DNA of 64,000 nucleotides from Octopus vulgaris (GCA_951406725.2 OX597839.1:806001-870000), one strand, 5' to 3'; counted from the stretch's first letter, positions 20,236 to 35,090 are shown. Notes: a model not told the origin generated them from the sequence alone. Numbers and translations are program-made.

Positions 20236-21431
20236 CTAAATATATATATATATATGCATGTATGTATATATATGGTCGACAGAATATAGAAATATACAGC
20301 GCAAAAACAGTATTTCTTGATCAAATTATATCATACGTTTTGCCATAGTAGTCACATGCCCACGATAACTAAACGACCGCTACAAGTTAAAAGCAAAATC
20401 AATGCATGAAGAAGAAAACAGTAAGAAACAAACAACAAACTTTCCACCTCCGCCTCTTTCACTTTCTCTTTTTGTTATATCGCATCCTCATTCGTAGAAA
20501 CACAGGTAAGTTGGCATGCAAAGAGAGAGCTATATATTCTGAAGCAAATTTGAGACGCATTCATTTCTGTAACTAATTTAAAGCTCCGTCTTGACGAGAA
20601 CCAAACTTTCCAGGCAACACAACACGTCTCTATATCTACAATTAAGGTAATTTCCTATAATAGCATCATAATAGCTTTTATAATTTTTGAGATCATTTTA
20701 ATATGTGCCTATACATACACACACACACACATTTCAATAACTTATTTTCAGAACGTAGTCCATGGAATCCCTAAAAAGATCAGAAAAAGTTTTTAAAAAA
20801 TGAAAGAATTCTAAAAAATTGCAATTCTCAGTGACTTTTAAGCCCTCCTGAATATCAGCGATACATTATTGTTTCACTTTTACACAAATTATGGCCTCTA
20901 CTCATATTGGGGGCTGCAGCTTCTCCTATACGATCATTCTGAGTTTTTTTTTCAGTGGATTCATATGTTTTCAATGACGGACATTCCGAATATGCAAAAC
21001 GCCATGTTTTCAAAAGTTTTAATTACCTCCCTCACCTTAAATTTTTAGTTTTTTACTTTTTTTTCGATTATTTTTCTCCATCAATGTGAAGAAATACGAG
21101 ATTAAGATTATGGAAAAATATTTTTTTCATTTCAAATTTTCTATGAAGTGATGAATAATTCTGTACGTTACTTCTATTATTTACATTGGACGGATATGTG
21201 TCCTCATCTTGTTTGTCTTTTACCACAACATTTTGACTGGTTTACTTCCAGCCTTCATCGGCTGTGCTGGGCATATAGCGTAGAGGTTAAGAGCGCGGGA
21301 TACTATCCCCAAAAGTACGAATTCAATTCCAGAGAGTGTTTTGAATAAATAATAATAATAATAATGAAAATAATAATAATAATAATAATGTAAATGATAA
21401 TAATAATAATAATAATAATGAAAATAATGAA

Positions 21432-21530
<99 letters not shown>

Positions 21531-21667
21531 TAATATTTATGTATCTATGTATGCATGTATGGATATTTACGTCTCTAAGTATGCTTGTATGTATGTATAT
21601 ATATATATATGTGCATATATGTGCGAATGCGTAAAAAGTATACACACACACAGAAACACACGCACAC

Positions 21668-21750
<83 letters not shown>

Positions 21751-22201
21751 TGTATATATATATATGGTCGACAGAATATAGAAATATACTGCGCAAAAAC
21801 ACTACTTCTAGATCAAATTATATCATATGTGTTGCCATAGTAATGACACGCCCATGATAACTAAACGATCGCTACAAGTTAAAAGCTAAATCAATGCATG
21901 AAGAAGAAAACAGTAAGAAACAAACAACAAACTTTCCACCTCCGCCTCTTTCAATTTCTCCTTCTGTTATATCGCATCCTCATTCGTAGAAACACAGGTA
22001 AGTTGGCATGCAAAGAGAGAGCTATATATTCTGAAGCAAATTTGAGACGCATTCATTTCTGTAACTGATTTAAAGCTTTGTCTTGACGAGAACCAAACTT
22101 TCCAGGCAACACAACACGTCTCTATATCTACAATTAAGGTAATTTCCTATAATAGCATCATAATAGCTTTTATAATTTTTGAGATCATTTTAATATGTGC
22201 C

Positions 22202-22252
<51 letters not shown>

Positions 22253-22408
22253 TTCAATAACTTATTTTCAGAACGTAGTCCATGGAATCCCTAAAAAGAT
22301 CAGAAAAAGTTTTTAAAAAATGAAAGAATTCTAACAAATTGCAATTCCTCAGTGACGTTTAGACCCTCATGAATATGTATAAATATATATATATGCATGC
22401 CTACATAC

Positions 22409-22451
<43 letters not shown>

Positions 22452-22728
22452 CATATACATATATCGCACATATATATATACATATATATATATATTTATA
22501 TATATATATGTATACATACACATACACACTCGCACACATATATATACATATATGTGTGTGTAGAGCGCTAGCCACGAAATATTTTTTATGTTCTGTCCTT
22601 GTTTCTTTCCGTGGAAGAACGTAGGCTCGAAAGGTTAAACACTTCTTCAGTTCCCGAGCGTTAAACTAATACATCTGTTTGTTGTCTACAGCACCTGTCT
22701 TTATCTTTTGTTTTATTTTGTGAATTCT

Positions 22729-22787
<59 letters not shown>

Positions 22788-23056
22788 AATTGTGAGATTA
22801 ATAATCTAGTGATCTAGTGTTAACTCAATATATGTAGGTTCGAGAACAAAGTGTTAGATGAATATAGAGCGGCAATAAGTAAAATAGATGTCATAGTAAA
22901 AACAAGGGTTATTTTACGAACATCAATAGTTTGCAAACGTGTATGCCATGAAATGCAAGGATTTCTTAGCTGTGTGCCTACATACCAACATAATATCCTA
23001 TAACTGCATCGCAGCCTTGAAAAATATTATATATATATATATAAAGAGAGAGAGAA

Positions 23057-23123
<67 letters not shown>

Positions 23124-23183
23124 TATAGATGTATATATATACATTATTTACATACATATATATTGATACATTATTTGCATAGA

Positions 23184-23252
<69 letters not shown>

Positions 23253-24177
23253 ATGTATGAATGTACATATATACGTATATATATATATACGTGTTTATAT
23301 CTATATTAATAAAATTCTCTGTGGGTGGGTGCGTGCGTGCTTTCTTTATGCACAGTGAAATCGCTGGATCAGTGTGTACGAAAGTTTTTCATTACTCGGG
23401 GAAGATTCTCGGGGAATGAAATTTTGGCTCTTGCCAATACAGAGGGTTGCACACTCTCCTTCCTATATGAAACTTGTGAATTCTTTTCAGCGGTATTATT
23501 CTTTTATTTTTGATAAAAATATTGTTTCACTTTTATTCTTTCACTTTTGACTTCCGGGCTTTTTCAGCGATACATTATTGTTTCACTTTTACACAAATTA
23601 TGGCCTGTACTCATATTGGGGGCTGCAGCTTCTCCTATACGATCATTCTCAGTTTTTTTTCAGTGGATTCATATGTTTTCGATGACGGACATTCCGAATA
23701 TGCAAAATGCAATGTATTCAAAATTTTTAATTACCTCCCTCACCCTAAATTTTTAGTTTTTTACTTTTTTTTGGATTATTTTTCTCAATCTATGTGAAGA
23801 AATACGAGATTAAGATTATGGAAAAATATTTTTTTTTCATTTCAAATTTTCTATGAAGAGATGAATAATTCTGTACGTTACTTCTATTATTTACATTGGA
23901 CGGATATGTGTCCTCATCTTGTTCGTCTTTTACCACAACATTTTGGCTGGTTTACTTCCAGCCTTCATCGGCTGTGCTGGGCATATAGCGTAGTGGTTAA
24001 GAGCGCGGGATACTATCCACAAAATTACGAATTCAATTCCAGAGAGTGTTTTGAATAAATAATAATAATAATAATAATGAAAATAATAATAATAATAACA
24101 ATGTAAATAATAATAATAATAATATTAATAATAATAATAATAATGTAAATATTAATAATAATTATAATTATAATGAA

Positions 24178-24217
<40 letters not shown>

Positions 24218-24219
24218 TA

Positions 24220-24287
<68 letters not shown>

Positions 24288-24345
24288 TGTATGTATCTAT
24301 GTATGCATGTATGGATAATTTTAGAGATCATTTTAATATGAGCCT

Positions 24346-24380
<35 letters not shown>

Positions 24381-24639
24381 CACATATTTTGGTTAAAGTA
24401 GCGAAAATATGAAACAATTAGTGAGAGCATGCAAAAGTTACACATCTATTTCAACATTCTCGACGCATACCTGCTAGTTTGAATAATCCTGACGAACACT
24501 CCTTATACATATACATATTCATGTTGGCCACACGTTACCGAGTGTTTCAATATTGAATAACTCCCTTATGTGTATGAAATTTTAGTTCAACATAGAGAAG
24601 GCAAATTAGGTTACTTTGCATTAGCACTTTTCTTCACAC

Positions 24640-25530
24640 CTCTGCATTACGTATGAAGTATGACATCTTTTTTAATGTCCTCCATTTTTAGCATCGCACA
24701 CCAGTACTTTTTCCAAAATATGTTCTATGTCAGTTGTAGTTCAGGGCCCAGTTTCCTGATTTCTCGAGGGATATTCTTCTTCGATTGCTCGGGGTTTCTT
24801 GTCTGTTGGCATCAATCAACTCCTTGCAGTATCCCCAACGGAAAATTTTACTGCTGGTCAAGTTGTGGGAAAGCGATGGTCAGTTGTCATCGGAATAGCT
24901 AGGGATGATTCTTTCTCCAAAACATTGTTTCAGCAATCTTATTGTTTCTCTTGCTTTATGATCACTTAGCCTTTCTTCATAGAATCACATATCCGGCCTA
25001 TTTTGAATGACCGTTGACAAAATGCTCTCCGTCATGGAACTGTACCTCTCACCAGTCACTGTGATAGTTTTCCTATCACCGTCCTCAAATAAATAAGGCA
25101 CGATTATCTCATCCATCGTAATTGCACACCAAACTGTACACTTTATGGAATGAAACTCTCTTTGATGTTCTGCACTTGGATTCTCATATTCCCCCAACCA
25201 GGCAATTTTGACTGTTTATGACCCCAATCAAATGAAAGTGAGCTTCATCAGACATGATCAATATTTGTGTAAAATTTGGGTAATTTCGTGACAATTTCTG
25301 GATTCCCACCGCCTGTATCCATAATTCTCAGGCTACATCTGTTGAACCGACTGCACCTTGTGTAGAAAAACGGTTTCATCACTTGGATGTGCTGTGCGGT
25401 GCCATACATTTCAATAACTGTTTCTCAGAACGTAGTCCATGGAATCCCTGAAAAGAACAGAAAAAGTTTTTGAAAAATGAAAGAATTCTAAAAAATTGCA
25501 ATTCCTCAGTGACTTTTAGGCCACTCTGAA
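24640..25530 (-). mobile_element. Tc1/mariner-superfamily transposase relic (duplicate at 48110-49008)
   Basis: SDEAHFHL, HSIKCTVWCAI...PYLFED; terminal CAGGGTGGCCTAAAAGTCACTG on the minus strand of the B copy; the TIR end recurs in the array modules. Confidence 0.8.
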
Positions 25531-25581
25531 TATGTATAAATATATATATATATATGCATGCCTACATACATATATATATAT

Positions 25582-27098
25582 AAGCACTGTTGGAAAGACC
25601 TTTGCCCGCGTTATCCTGGCCAGGCTACAACTACTTGCTTCTCGAATATATCCGGAATCGCAGTGTGGCATTAGAAGAAGCAGATCAACTATCGATATGA
25701 TATTCTACGTACGCCAACTTCAGGAGGAGTCCAGAGAGCAGAAAATGCCATTATGTATGGCCTTCATTGATCTAACAAAGGCCTTTGACTCGGTAAGCAG
25801 AACAGGCCTCTTCATCCTGCTCCAACAAATCGGATGTCCACCAAAGCTGCTGAGGGTCATCAAGTCTTTCCATGATGACATGCAAGGCACCATACAGCAC
25901 AACGGTTCAACATCAGCCGCCTTCCAAATAAAAAAAACGGGGTAAAGCAAGGTTGTGTCCTCGCTCCTACATTGTTTGGCATCTTCTTCTCGCTCTTACT
26001 CTCACATGCCTTTCAGACATCAGATGATGGAGTGTTTCTGCACAGTAGAAGTGACGGGAAACTGTTCAATCTCTGGCGCCTGCGTGCCAAGACCAAAATC
26101 AGAAACGTCCTGATCAAGATGCTATTTTCTGATGATGCCGCTCTGGTATCACACACAGAAGAAGCCCTCCAAAGATTCATTAACTGTTTTGAGCAAGCAT
26201 GTAACGAATTTGGTTTAGCTATCAGCCTTTAGAAGACCAACATCATGGGTCAGGTTACATCGGACGTCCCAGACATACATATTGGAGACCACAGATTACA
26301 AGAGGTGGAGAAGTTTACCTATCTTGCCTCTACCGTCACCTACAACCTATCCTTTGACGCGATGGCCCAACTCTCCAAGCGAGCTTGGGACAACAATAAG
26401 CTGACCAAGACCACGAAAATGAAGATCTACCAGGCATGTGTATTTAGCACTCTACTGTATGGAAGTGAGACTTGGACGCTATACACACGCCAAGAGCGTC
26501 CTGTAAACATCTTTCACCTGCGGGGCCTCCGGAAAATCCTCCGCATCAAATGGCAGAATCATACCCCCAACAAAGATGTCCTCAGACAAGCAGGAATACC
26601 AAGCATGTTTGCACTCCTCACACAAAGACGTATGAGATGGCTTGGGCATGTTAGCCGTATCAAAGATGGCAGAATCCCCAAGGACATACTCTACGGATAG
26701 CTTGCTAGGGGTACTAGGTCTGTGAGTAGACCGTTCTTACGTTACAAGGATGTTTGCAAAAGGGACATGAAGGCCTGCAACATCAATATTAGCGGTTGGG
26801 AGGCAGTTGCTGGCAACCGTGGAGACTGGCGACGTACCGTAAAAGAGGGAATACAAAGGAGTGACAGAGAGAGAGAGGAGAAATGGAAAGACAAGAAAAG
26901 ACGTCAACAAGAAACTATGGCATTACAACCAGCCAGGAACAGTCTTCGCTACATTTGCGGTACCTGCCAGAGGGAGTGTTTGTCCAGGATAGGACTACAC
27001 AGCCACAGCAGGAAATGTATCAGGACATGAAATGTAAAAGCCGGACTAGACTACTTTATGCGCAACTCCATTGTCTCCCGAGACAAAAAGGATGCCAT

Positions 27099-27104
<6 letters not shown>
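25582..27104 (+). mobile_element. 5'-truncated RTE-clade LINE (degenerate reverse transcriptase)
   Basis: AFIDLTKAFDSV, GVKQGCVLAPTLF, LFSDD, LLYGSETW, RWLGHV and C-terminal CxxC...HxxxC motifs; stops and frameshifts; inserted in (TA)n with a short CAA tail. Confidence 0.95.
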
Positions 27105-27144
<40 letters not shown>

Positions 27145-27229
27145 TACATATGCACATGTATATAAACATAAATATATATATATACATACACACATATATA
27201 TACATATATAAACACATACTTACATGCAA

Positions 27230-27281
<52 letters not shown>

Positions 27282-27289
27282 TATACAAC

Positions 27290-27950
27290 AGATATTTCAA
27301 GAAACTTGGTAATTTAATACAACAGCTCTAATCTACAGTAATCAAATGTTATAATAGAAAAAGGTTGTGCATATCCTTTCGATAAGCTTTCTAATAAGAT
27401 CATTGTATGAATCCACCTTCACCTTCAATGGCTGTTGCAATGCAAATGATTCTTTGAAGAGTTTGGACTGTATTGCCATTATTGATTTCAGGTATCTCGT
27501 GGACAATGTTGATCTTTATGGAATTTGCGGTATTGTGAAGATTCGACAAGATGCCATCTTAACAACTCTACAGAATTAGTACTCCTTGGGATTGAAATCT
27601 GATTGCTCTTAGAGGTCAGATGTTTGGTGTTATATGATTGGAAATAATTTATGACCTCCATTATTGAGTTACCTGAATGTTTTGAGAAAATGCTGATTTT
27701 GTATAGTTATCCTCTTCGCACTTCTTCCCTCCAAGGCTCAACAATATTCCCCAAAAGCTCAAAGTGTAAGGCCCTGTGGAAATGTGTGTTTTAACATGAC
27801 CTCTCATAATCACGTCCCCTAAATACATCACATTTGCTGGAAACTTAGCGTGCATCAATCTGACGCCATCGGAAAGATCTGCACGTAACCATTTGTTATT
27901 TCTGTTGTTACACTTTTGATCTTGATGGAATTATTTTCATGAGGTGAGAA
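27290..27950 (-). mobile_element. maT/DD37D-like transposase relic (duplicate at ~50770-51410)
   Basis: [16 protein letters not shown]...MHAKFPANVMYLG...GHV resembles the QDQKxNxxNDRW...TKFPAxVMVLG motif. Confidence 0.65.
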
Positions 27951-28026
27951 TCAAAGCAAGTATATTGTGTATGCAAGTATTCTTGCGTCTTTGTAGACAG
28001 GAAAGAGTTTTATATCCATCATCAAC

Positions 28027-28075
<49 letters not shown>

Positions 28076-28163
28076 CCTGTCTGTCTGTCTGCCTACCTGT
28101 CTGTCTGTCTATCTGTATCTATCTATGTATCTATCTATGTATCTATGTATCTATCTATCTATG

Positions 28164-28226
<63 letters not shown>

Positions 28227-28255
28227 TTATCTCTCTCTCTCTCTCTCTCTCTCTC

Positions 28256-28296
<41 letters not shown>

Positions 28297-28361
28297 TAAA
28301 TCTATCTAACTAGGTAGCTAGCTAGCTATCTGTCTATATATTTGACTGCCTGTCGATCAAC

Positions 28362-28630
28362 ATTCAGTCAACATTCTCATGTCGTCTCTTGTTTTTCTGC
28401 TGTACCAAAGAGTTATATTCACATACAATGGCTTGTGGTTTCTCCAAACTTACCATACATTCTGCAGAATGGCGACTCGATTGTTTTGTCAATATGGAAT
28501 TTTTCGAAATAGTTCTTAATGCTTGCACAGACACGAAATTCGTACCTTTTTTCAAATCTCCCTTATTCGTCCAAGACAATCAGTCTCATCACAAATATGA
28601 GTCGAATTATGTTCAAGTGTCAAGTATCTA
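28362..28630 (-). mobile_element. R4/Dong-like (RLE) non-LTR fragment (duplicate at ~54085-54350)
   Basis: Copy B reads KFHIDKTIESPFCRMYGKFGETTSHIVCEYNSLVQQKNKRRHENV, a degenerate CCHC knuckle followed by RHxxV. Confidence 0.75.
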
Positions 28631-29060
28631 ACGCGTTTGCATGCACATGGGACAGAACGAAGTTAGTTACTACTTAAGAATGCTGAAAGTTTAGTGACAA
28701 CAAAAACTGAACAGATTTTTGGTCAATTCAATATAAACTGAATTCCATTTTCAAAATTTGAATTTCATGTCAGCTTGACCGTCAGGGAAGAAATTTTATA
28801 ACTCGGTGTATCTGTCCTTCCATAGCCATCGGTAATACATATGAAAAATGACTCCACGTTTGTTAGAATAAATGTGTGATAAAAATAATTATTGCCTGAC
28901 AATTTCAGTGATATGAAACTCGGGGTATTGGAAATGAATTCAGCTTACACAAAGTATATTACATATTTTGAATTGTCTCTCCCACGTTCATTTGATAAAA
29001 ATATACGTTTCAATTCTTTACGCATACACATACACACAAACAAACATGCTCACATATGTG

Positions 29061-29108
<48 letters not shown>

Positions 29109-29179
29109 GGCAGAGGATCCTATATCCGAAAAAGAAAAAAAATGTAATGCGCCTATATCAAGTTAAACATATGTCCGGT

Positions 29180-29820
29180 CATAGAGTGACCTAGGGTTTC
29201 GGATCCATAAAGCGCTTAGCTTTATAGGAGACTAGTCTGACTGCAATAGCCGTGGGCATATGAGCTTTCTTCAAACAGAGGTAAGAAAACTGTTACGGTC
29301 AGTTGATTTGTAAACAAACGAATAATATACACTGTCTGGGTCCTAAAACGGGACGAGTTATCTCTAATGGAGCGATCCAGTTACCAAATCTTATGGACCC
29401 AAAGGTCGAACTGGAAATCTTCACACTTAAGCTGGTTTTAGCTTGCAAGTGCTTTGTACAGCCCCAATCGACCTACGTGGAATCGCATGCATGTAGGAGG
29501 TAGCGTTTGAAATGGGATCAAGTACTATAGATCTTGTGTCTTGAGTTTAAGAAGAGATCCCGGATCCAGTGCATTTCGATCAGTATCCTTGCCCGCTCTG
29601 TTATGCAAAGCTTGCGTCGTCCACTTCTGTTTATATAGGACTCCAGTTGCCCTATGATCCTCAATCTAATTTCATGTGGAGTTCTTTCATCCTTAAGGCA
29701 CCACACATGGCTGGTTAGGGATGTAATGTAACCTCTCACTGGAACTTTAAAAGTGGGCTTGCGGTTGTACATATCTCGCTTAAAAGTAGTTCTGGCCGGC
29801 TCGTGTTCACGCCTCTAGTA
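29180..29820 (-). mobile_element. Penelope-like element fragment, GIY-YIG C-terminus (duplicate at ~54905-55550)
   Basis: TSLTSHVWCLKD...IRWWII...Y...KLCITER..L.....LNSRHKIYST matches the Penelope endonuclease tail pattern. Confidence 0.7.
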
Positions 29821-30346
29821 GCTATAGTCGGTTCCGTGGACCCAGCGATATTGTTGTAGTTGTTGCCATTGCAGTAGTCATCTCTGGCGCTAGTGCTGGT
29901 GTTGCTAATACTGTGACCGATAATGTAGCTGCCAGAACATTATCGGAACAAAACTATCACCCCCGTTCTCATTTGAAATGCTACTTGCCGTAATAATTTT
30001 CTACCACCTGTTTGAAGAGTGGTTATATATCCACGGCCATTGGAGTCTAACAAGAGGTCTATAAAACTAAGTGTTTTATGGAAGTGAGACCATTTATCAC
30101 TGTATGAACAAGCATGTATTTAACTGCATGTATATATGTATATATATGTATGTATTATATATATATTTATTTTAGTTTATATATTGTTTATATATTGATT
30201 ATATATGGATTATATATAGGTTATATATAGATTATATATTTATATTTTTCATTGATACTTTAATTATTTCAAAATTATTATTTTTTGTGGCGGTTTTTTT
30301 TATATTAAAATTTTATGTACATTATATATAGTGGTTTTGTCTCTAT

Positions 30347-30470
<124 letters not shown>

Positions 30471-30497
30471 TAAACATTATTTTCAAATTAATGTGTC

Positions 30498-30735
30498 AAT
30501 CCTGATTAAGACGAATGTTTCTGTTATTTAACCCCAGCTGGTGACGCACTAACCTCGTCCTTATATTTCGATCAAGGGAGTTTAGTGTCCCCACCCAACT
30601 GTAAAGCTTTAGAGTTGAGCGGGGACATGAAACTCCCTTGTTCGAAAATACAAGGACGCAGTTAGTGCGTCGAAAGCCAGCTGAGACAATGTCTCTTGGG
30701 CTAAATAATAGTAACATTCGTTCTAACCAGGACTG
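30498..30735. repeat. Long imperfect rod-like hairpin (duplicate at ~60525-60768)
   Basis: Nested pairings cctgatt/aaccagg, gacgcactaac/gttagtgcgtc, caagggagttt/aaactcccttg, tgtcccc/ggggaca. Confidence 0.75.
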
Positions 30736-30815
30736 CCATATTATGCTGGTAAATAATCATTACTCTAGAGTACTGTTACTGAATGTTTCTCGTTCAGAGA
30801 TTTAGAAATAAGTTT

Positions 30816-30920
<105 letters not shown>

Positions 30921-31061
30921 CTGTGTGTGTGTGTGTGCATGTGTGTGTGTATATGTGTGTGCATGTGTGCGTGCGTGCGTGCGAACGTGTGTTTGTGTTG
31001 TATGTGTGCGTGCCTATCTATGTATATGTTTGTAATCTTTGTTTAATACATTTATGTTCAG

Positions 31062-31175
31062 TTGATAGGTAAAGTTGCTATTGTTGAAGGTGTAGATATT
31101 ACAGGCGATGTGTTAGTGAAATACGCAAATCATAATAACCGAAAATTGTGCTTAAGTCCGAACGCTCTAAAAAAG
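31062..31175 (+). pseudogene. Exon 3 of MIB-like gene copy A (open frame, but the copy lacks exon 2)
   Basis: ttcAG|114 nt|GTtagt; LIGKVAIVEGVDITGDVLVKYANHNNRKLCLSPNALKK; paralogous to 61187-61300. Confidence 0.8.
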
Positions 31176-31339
31176 GTTAGTATGTGAGGCTATTAAGTCT
31201 CATTCCACTCAGTTCACTCTAGTTTCTGTTTCAAGTTTGTTTTTCCATATGACTTAATTGTTTGCTCCCAATTAGACAATCTAGCGTCAACACATTTTAC
31301 TTGGATAAACTTAATTTCACAAGCTTTCCCTGACTTACG

Positions 31340-32085
31340 CCAACCAAGTTTCTTCCTGTTAAGTCCATCAGTTCAACAATATGATTACAAAACTGCGACA
31401 GAAAAATATCTAGATTTCTATATAACTGTTCCAACCCCTTGGAATGTCATCCTCGCTGGAAGAACACCTTTCATCTTGAAACCAAACATGGTAGTTTTTC
31501 TTATAGCGTTGACTTGAGCCACATAAGCTACTCGATGTAGATCTCTCTTATCATCTGATTTTAATTTAAAAGTTCAAAGTGGGCTAAATCTTTCATATCC
31601 CACCAAACAGATAACAACACCTAACGTAGGTGAAGACCCTCTTTAGCCTGAGTGCCGGTGTTTCTCCTTTCTCTACCCACTATCTTCGGCGCTTGATATT
31701 TTTATAGAGAACTCATTTCTCATTACCAGTCATTATTCGGTTCAAAAAATTCCATTCGTGAAACTTGACAGCACAGAAGAGCTCACATTCACTCTCCGCG
31801 AGCGATCAGACTCTGAAATTTACGAGGACTTCATTGACCCAATTTCATGACTTTTCCGATGTTACGCATGTATCGAAGAAAGGCTGAATGAACAAATCCA
31901 AGCTTCTCTGCTAGTTCTTCAACATTTACGGTGGGATTTTGTTCCACAGCGTTTGCAGGATGTTCTCGTCGAGTTCTACAGATCTTCCAGGATGAATCTC
32001 GTCTTCTTGGCTGTAGTTTCCGGATCAGAATTTTAGTAGATGCAATTGAAAAAACCGCAGTATTTATGGGATAACCCAATATATC
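31340..32085 (-). mobile_element. mariner (DD34D-type) relic (duplicate at ~61430-62178)
   Basis: [40 protein letters not shown]; TA-TTGGGTTATCCCATAA terminal sequence. Confidence 0.8.
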
Positions 32086-32095
32086 AACGTACATA

Positions 32096-32189
<94 letters not shown>

Positions 32190-32562
32190 GCATATCTATA
32201 CGCGTATAGCGTGCTGTTTATCATTTATGCAGTCATCAAAATTGTTATAATGTCTTGTTGAGATAGTTTCTCTTTCTTTCCTGATGGGAAGATTACATTA
32301 TTTTACAGTTTATTCCTTTTTTCGATTAGGAAAAGCTTTCGCATAAAAATGATGTGTATAAAAAGAAACACTTTTTACTGAATAAATAGCATGTCGTAAC
32401 CAGAAGAGGATTGCAGAGGAAGAAAATCACATTTTCGTCCTTGGTTTCGCTGTAATTCCGCTTATTAGAGTTAAAAGATTGTTCTTCAATGCATGCTAGA
32501 CCACAGACACAGACACAGACACAGCCAGACAGACAGACAGATACGCACACACACATACACAC

Positions 32563-32598
<36 letters not shown>

Positions 32599-32630
32599 GT
32601 ACACATTTTTATATATAAAAGTTTTATGTA

Positions 32631-32681
<51 letters not shown>

Positions 32682-33951
32682 CTTGTGTTTTGGGGAGGGT
32701 TATTATGCCAATAATAATAACTGCATGCACTGCTTCACTATCACTTCTTTGTTGCTAAATGCCTAACCAACTAACCAATCAATCGATTGTTTAATGAGCT
32801 GGTTAAAGAATCAATTGGTTGGTTGTTAGTCAAAGTCCTTTCATCGCTCTTCAGTGATATGAATATGTTTGTATCTGCTGCTGCTACTGTAACCCAGCAC
32901 AACTTGCTGCATTTCTCAATCTACCAGCAACTAAACTGGCAACACCACCAAGCTTTGTTGGTGAGTTGGATGGTTTTGTGTGTCTGTCTCCTACGATTTA
33001 GATTCCTAACTACTCCCACATTTTGCGGTGCAGTGTAACCAAAAGCTTATAGTCGTGATTCATATCGATCCCTTCTGGGTATTAGCGCGCGTCTACGATG
33101 AGTCTACGATTAAAAAAAAATTACCATCATTTTTTCCCATTTTTAATGCATTTTTTTGCTATTATATAAGGGATGTAACTCTCTAAAAATGTATTATTAA
33201 ATCTCAGAACGTAAAAAGCTACAGTAACACCCCACCTTTGTGGTTAGCCATATTGAGATGGCTATTATACTTTACATCTCTAAAAAATGCTTATATAGTT
33301 ATTTCCCTTACAAACCCGAGCAACGCCGGGCGATACTGCTAGTGTATATATAAAATTTAAACAAGTATGAGCTAAGAGTGGCCTATGCCATGTTAATGAA
33401 TAGCATAGAGAAATACAGCGTAAATTTATAATTTATTAAAATTATCTCAGCCTCTAGAGCAGTCGTTCCCAACCGATTTTTGGCCATGCCACACCGAATC
33501 ATTACTAAAATCCTGATGTTCCATTGTGATATTTAATTTTTGTTATTCAAAATTTGGTTATTGTTTACAATATTACACGGAAAGTAAATAAAAAATAAAT
33601 AGTTCAACGGATGTAAAAAAAATGTGTAGGAAACGAATATGAAAAAAAAAATGCGCGGAAAGTAACGGGGGAAGGAAAGGACTTTTGAAAATTCGCAAGA
33701 TTTCTGCGCCCCGGCTTTGGATGATCAAAACTTTCAGAAAAATGGATACTTTTAATGAAATTGTCTACGAATATGTGTTATATAATGTAGATTCCAAACA
33801 ATTTTTGGGGGGTGGGGTGGAAAGTGTTTAAGGAGGGGTTGTGCTGGGGAATTTCGGAAAATTCACCGGAGTCCACTTCAATTCCTCTTAGCCTTCAAGA
33901 AAATGTATATCTTTAATGAAATTCTCTAGAGACAGACAGACTGATGTTGTG

Positions 33952-33992
33952 CCTCTGATGAGAACCCAATAAGTTTCGAAAATCGATTAAGG
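33952..33992 (+). ncRNA. Minimal type I hammerhead ribozyme
   Basis: CCU CUGAUGA GAAC-ccaauaa-GUUUC GAA AA-ucga-UU A AGG; palindrome AATCGATT, UUA triplet. Confidence 0.6.
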
Positions 33993-34156
33993 TTCTTCAT
34001 CATTTTTATAGGCGCAGAAGTGGCTGTGTGGTAAGCAGCTTGGTTCCGGGTTCAGTCCCACTGCGTGGCATCTTGGGCAAGTGTCTTCTACTATAGCCTC
34101 GGGCCGACCAAAGCCTTGTGAGTGGATTTGGTAGACGGAAACTGAAAGAAGCCCAT

Positions 34157-34227
<71 letters not shown>

Positions 34228-34619
34228 ATGTTTGTGTGTCTGTGTTTGTTCCCCAACATATCTTGACAGCCGATGGTGGTGTGATTACGTCTCCGCAATT
34301 TAGCAGTTCGGCAAAAGAGACCGATAGAATAAGTACTAGGCTCACAAAGAATAAGCCAAGGGGTCAAGTTGCTCGACTAATGGTGGAACTCCAGCATGGT
34401 CGTAGTCAAATGACTGAAGCATGTAAAAGAGTAAAAGAGTAAAATATACCTCTGACTATGTAGATTCCGAGGACGTAGGAATTCTTTGGTAAAACAATTG
34501 GGGGCTATTTTTGAGAACTGTTCCATTCACGCGGGCGTTTCCAGAACAATCGTCCATATTTGTTTCATTTTCTCCGTTTTGTGCGTTTGTGCATCCGTAG
34601 ATTTCTAACACACTCACAA

Positions 34620-34682
<63 letters not shown>

Positions 34683-34755
34683 AAAACACATAAAAAGTTC
34701 AAACGGGGAATTATTCCATTGAATATCATGTTTATTATAGAGATTATGAATAGTG

Positions 34756-35090
34756 AAGGCGCGTGGCTCTGTGGTTAGAGCGTCGAGCTTATGATCGTGA
34801 GGTTGTGAGCTCGAATCCCGGACCGGGCTGCGTGTTGTGTTCTTGAGCAAGACACTTTATTTCACGTTGCTCCAGTTCACTCATCTATAGAAATGAGTTG
34901 CGACGTCACAGGTGCCAAGCTGTATCGGCCCTTGCCTTTCCCTTGGACAACACTGGTGGCGTGGAGAGGGGAGGCCGATATGCATGGGTGACTGCTGGTC
35001 TTCCATAAAAAAAAACCTTGCCCAGACTTGTGCCTCAGAGGGTAACTCTCTAGGTGCAAACCCATGGTCAGTGTCTGACCGAAGGAGGTC
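34756..35090 (+). mobile_element. Second tRNA-derived SINE family
   Basis: ggcgcgtggctctgtggttagagcg...tcgaatcccg head followed by cttgagcaagacacttt conserved domain. Confidence 0.8.
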
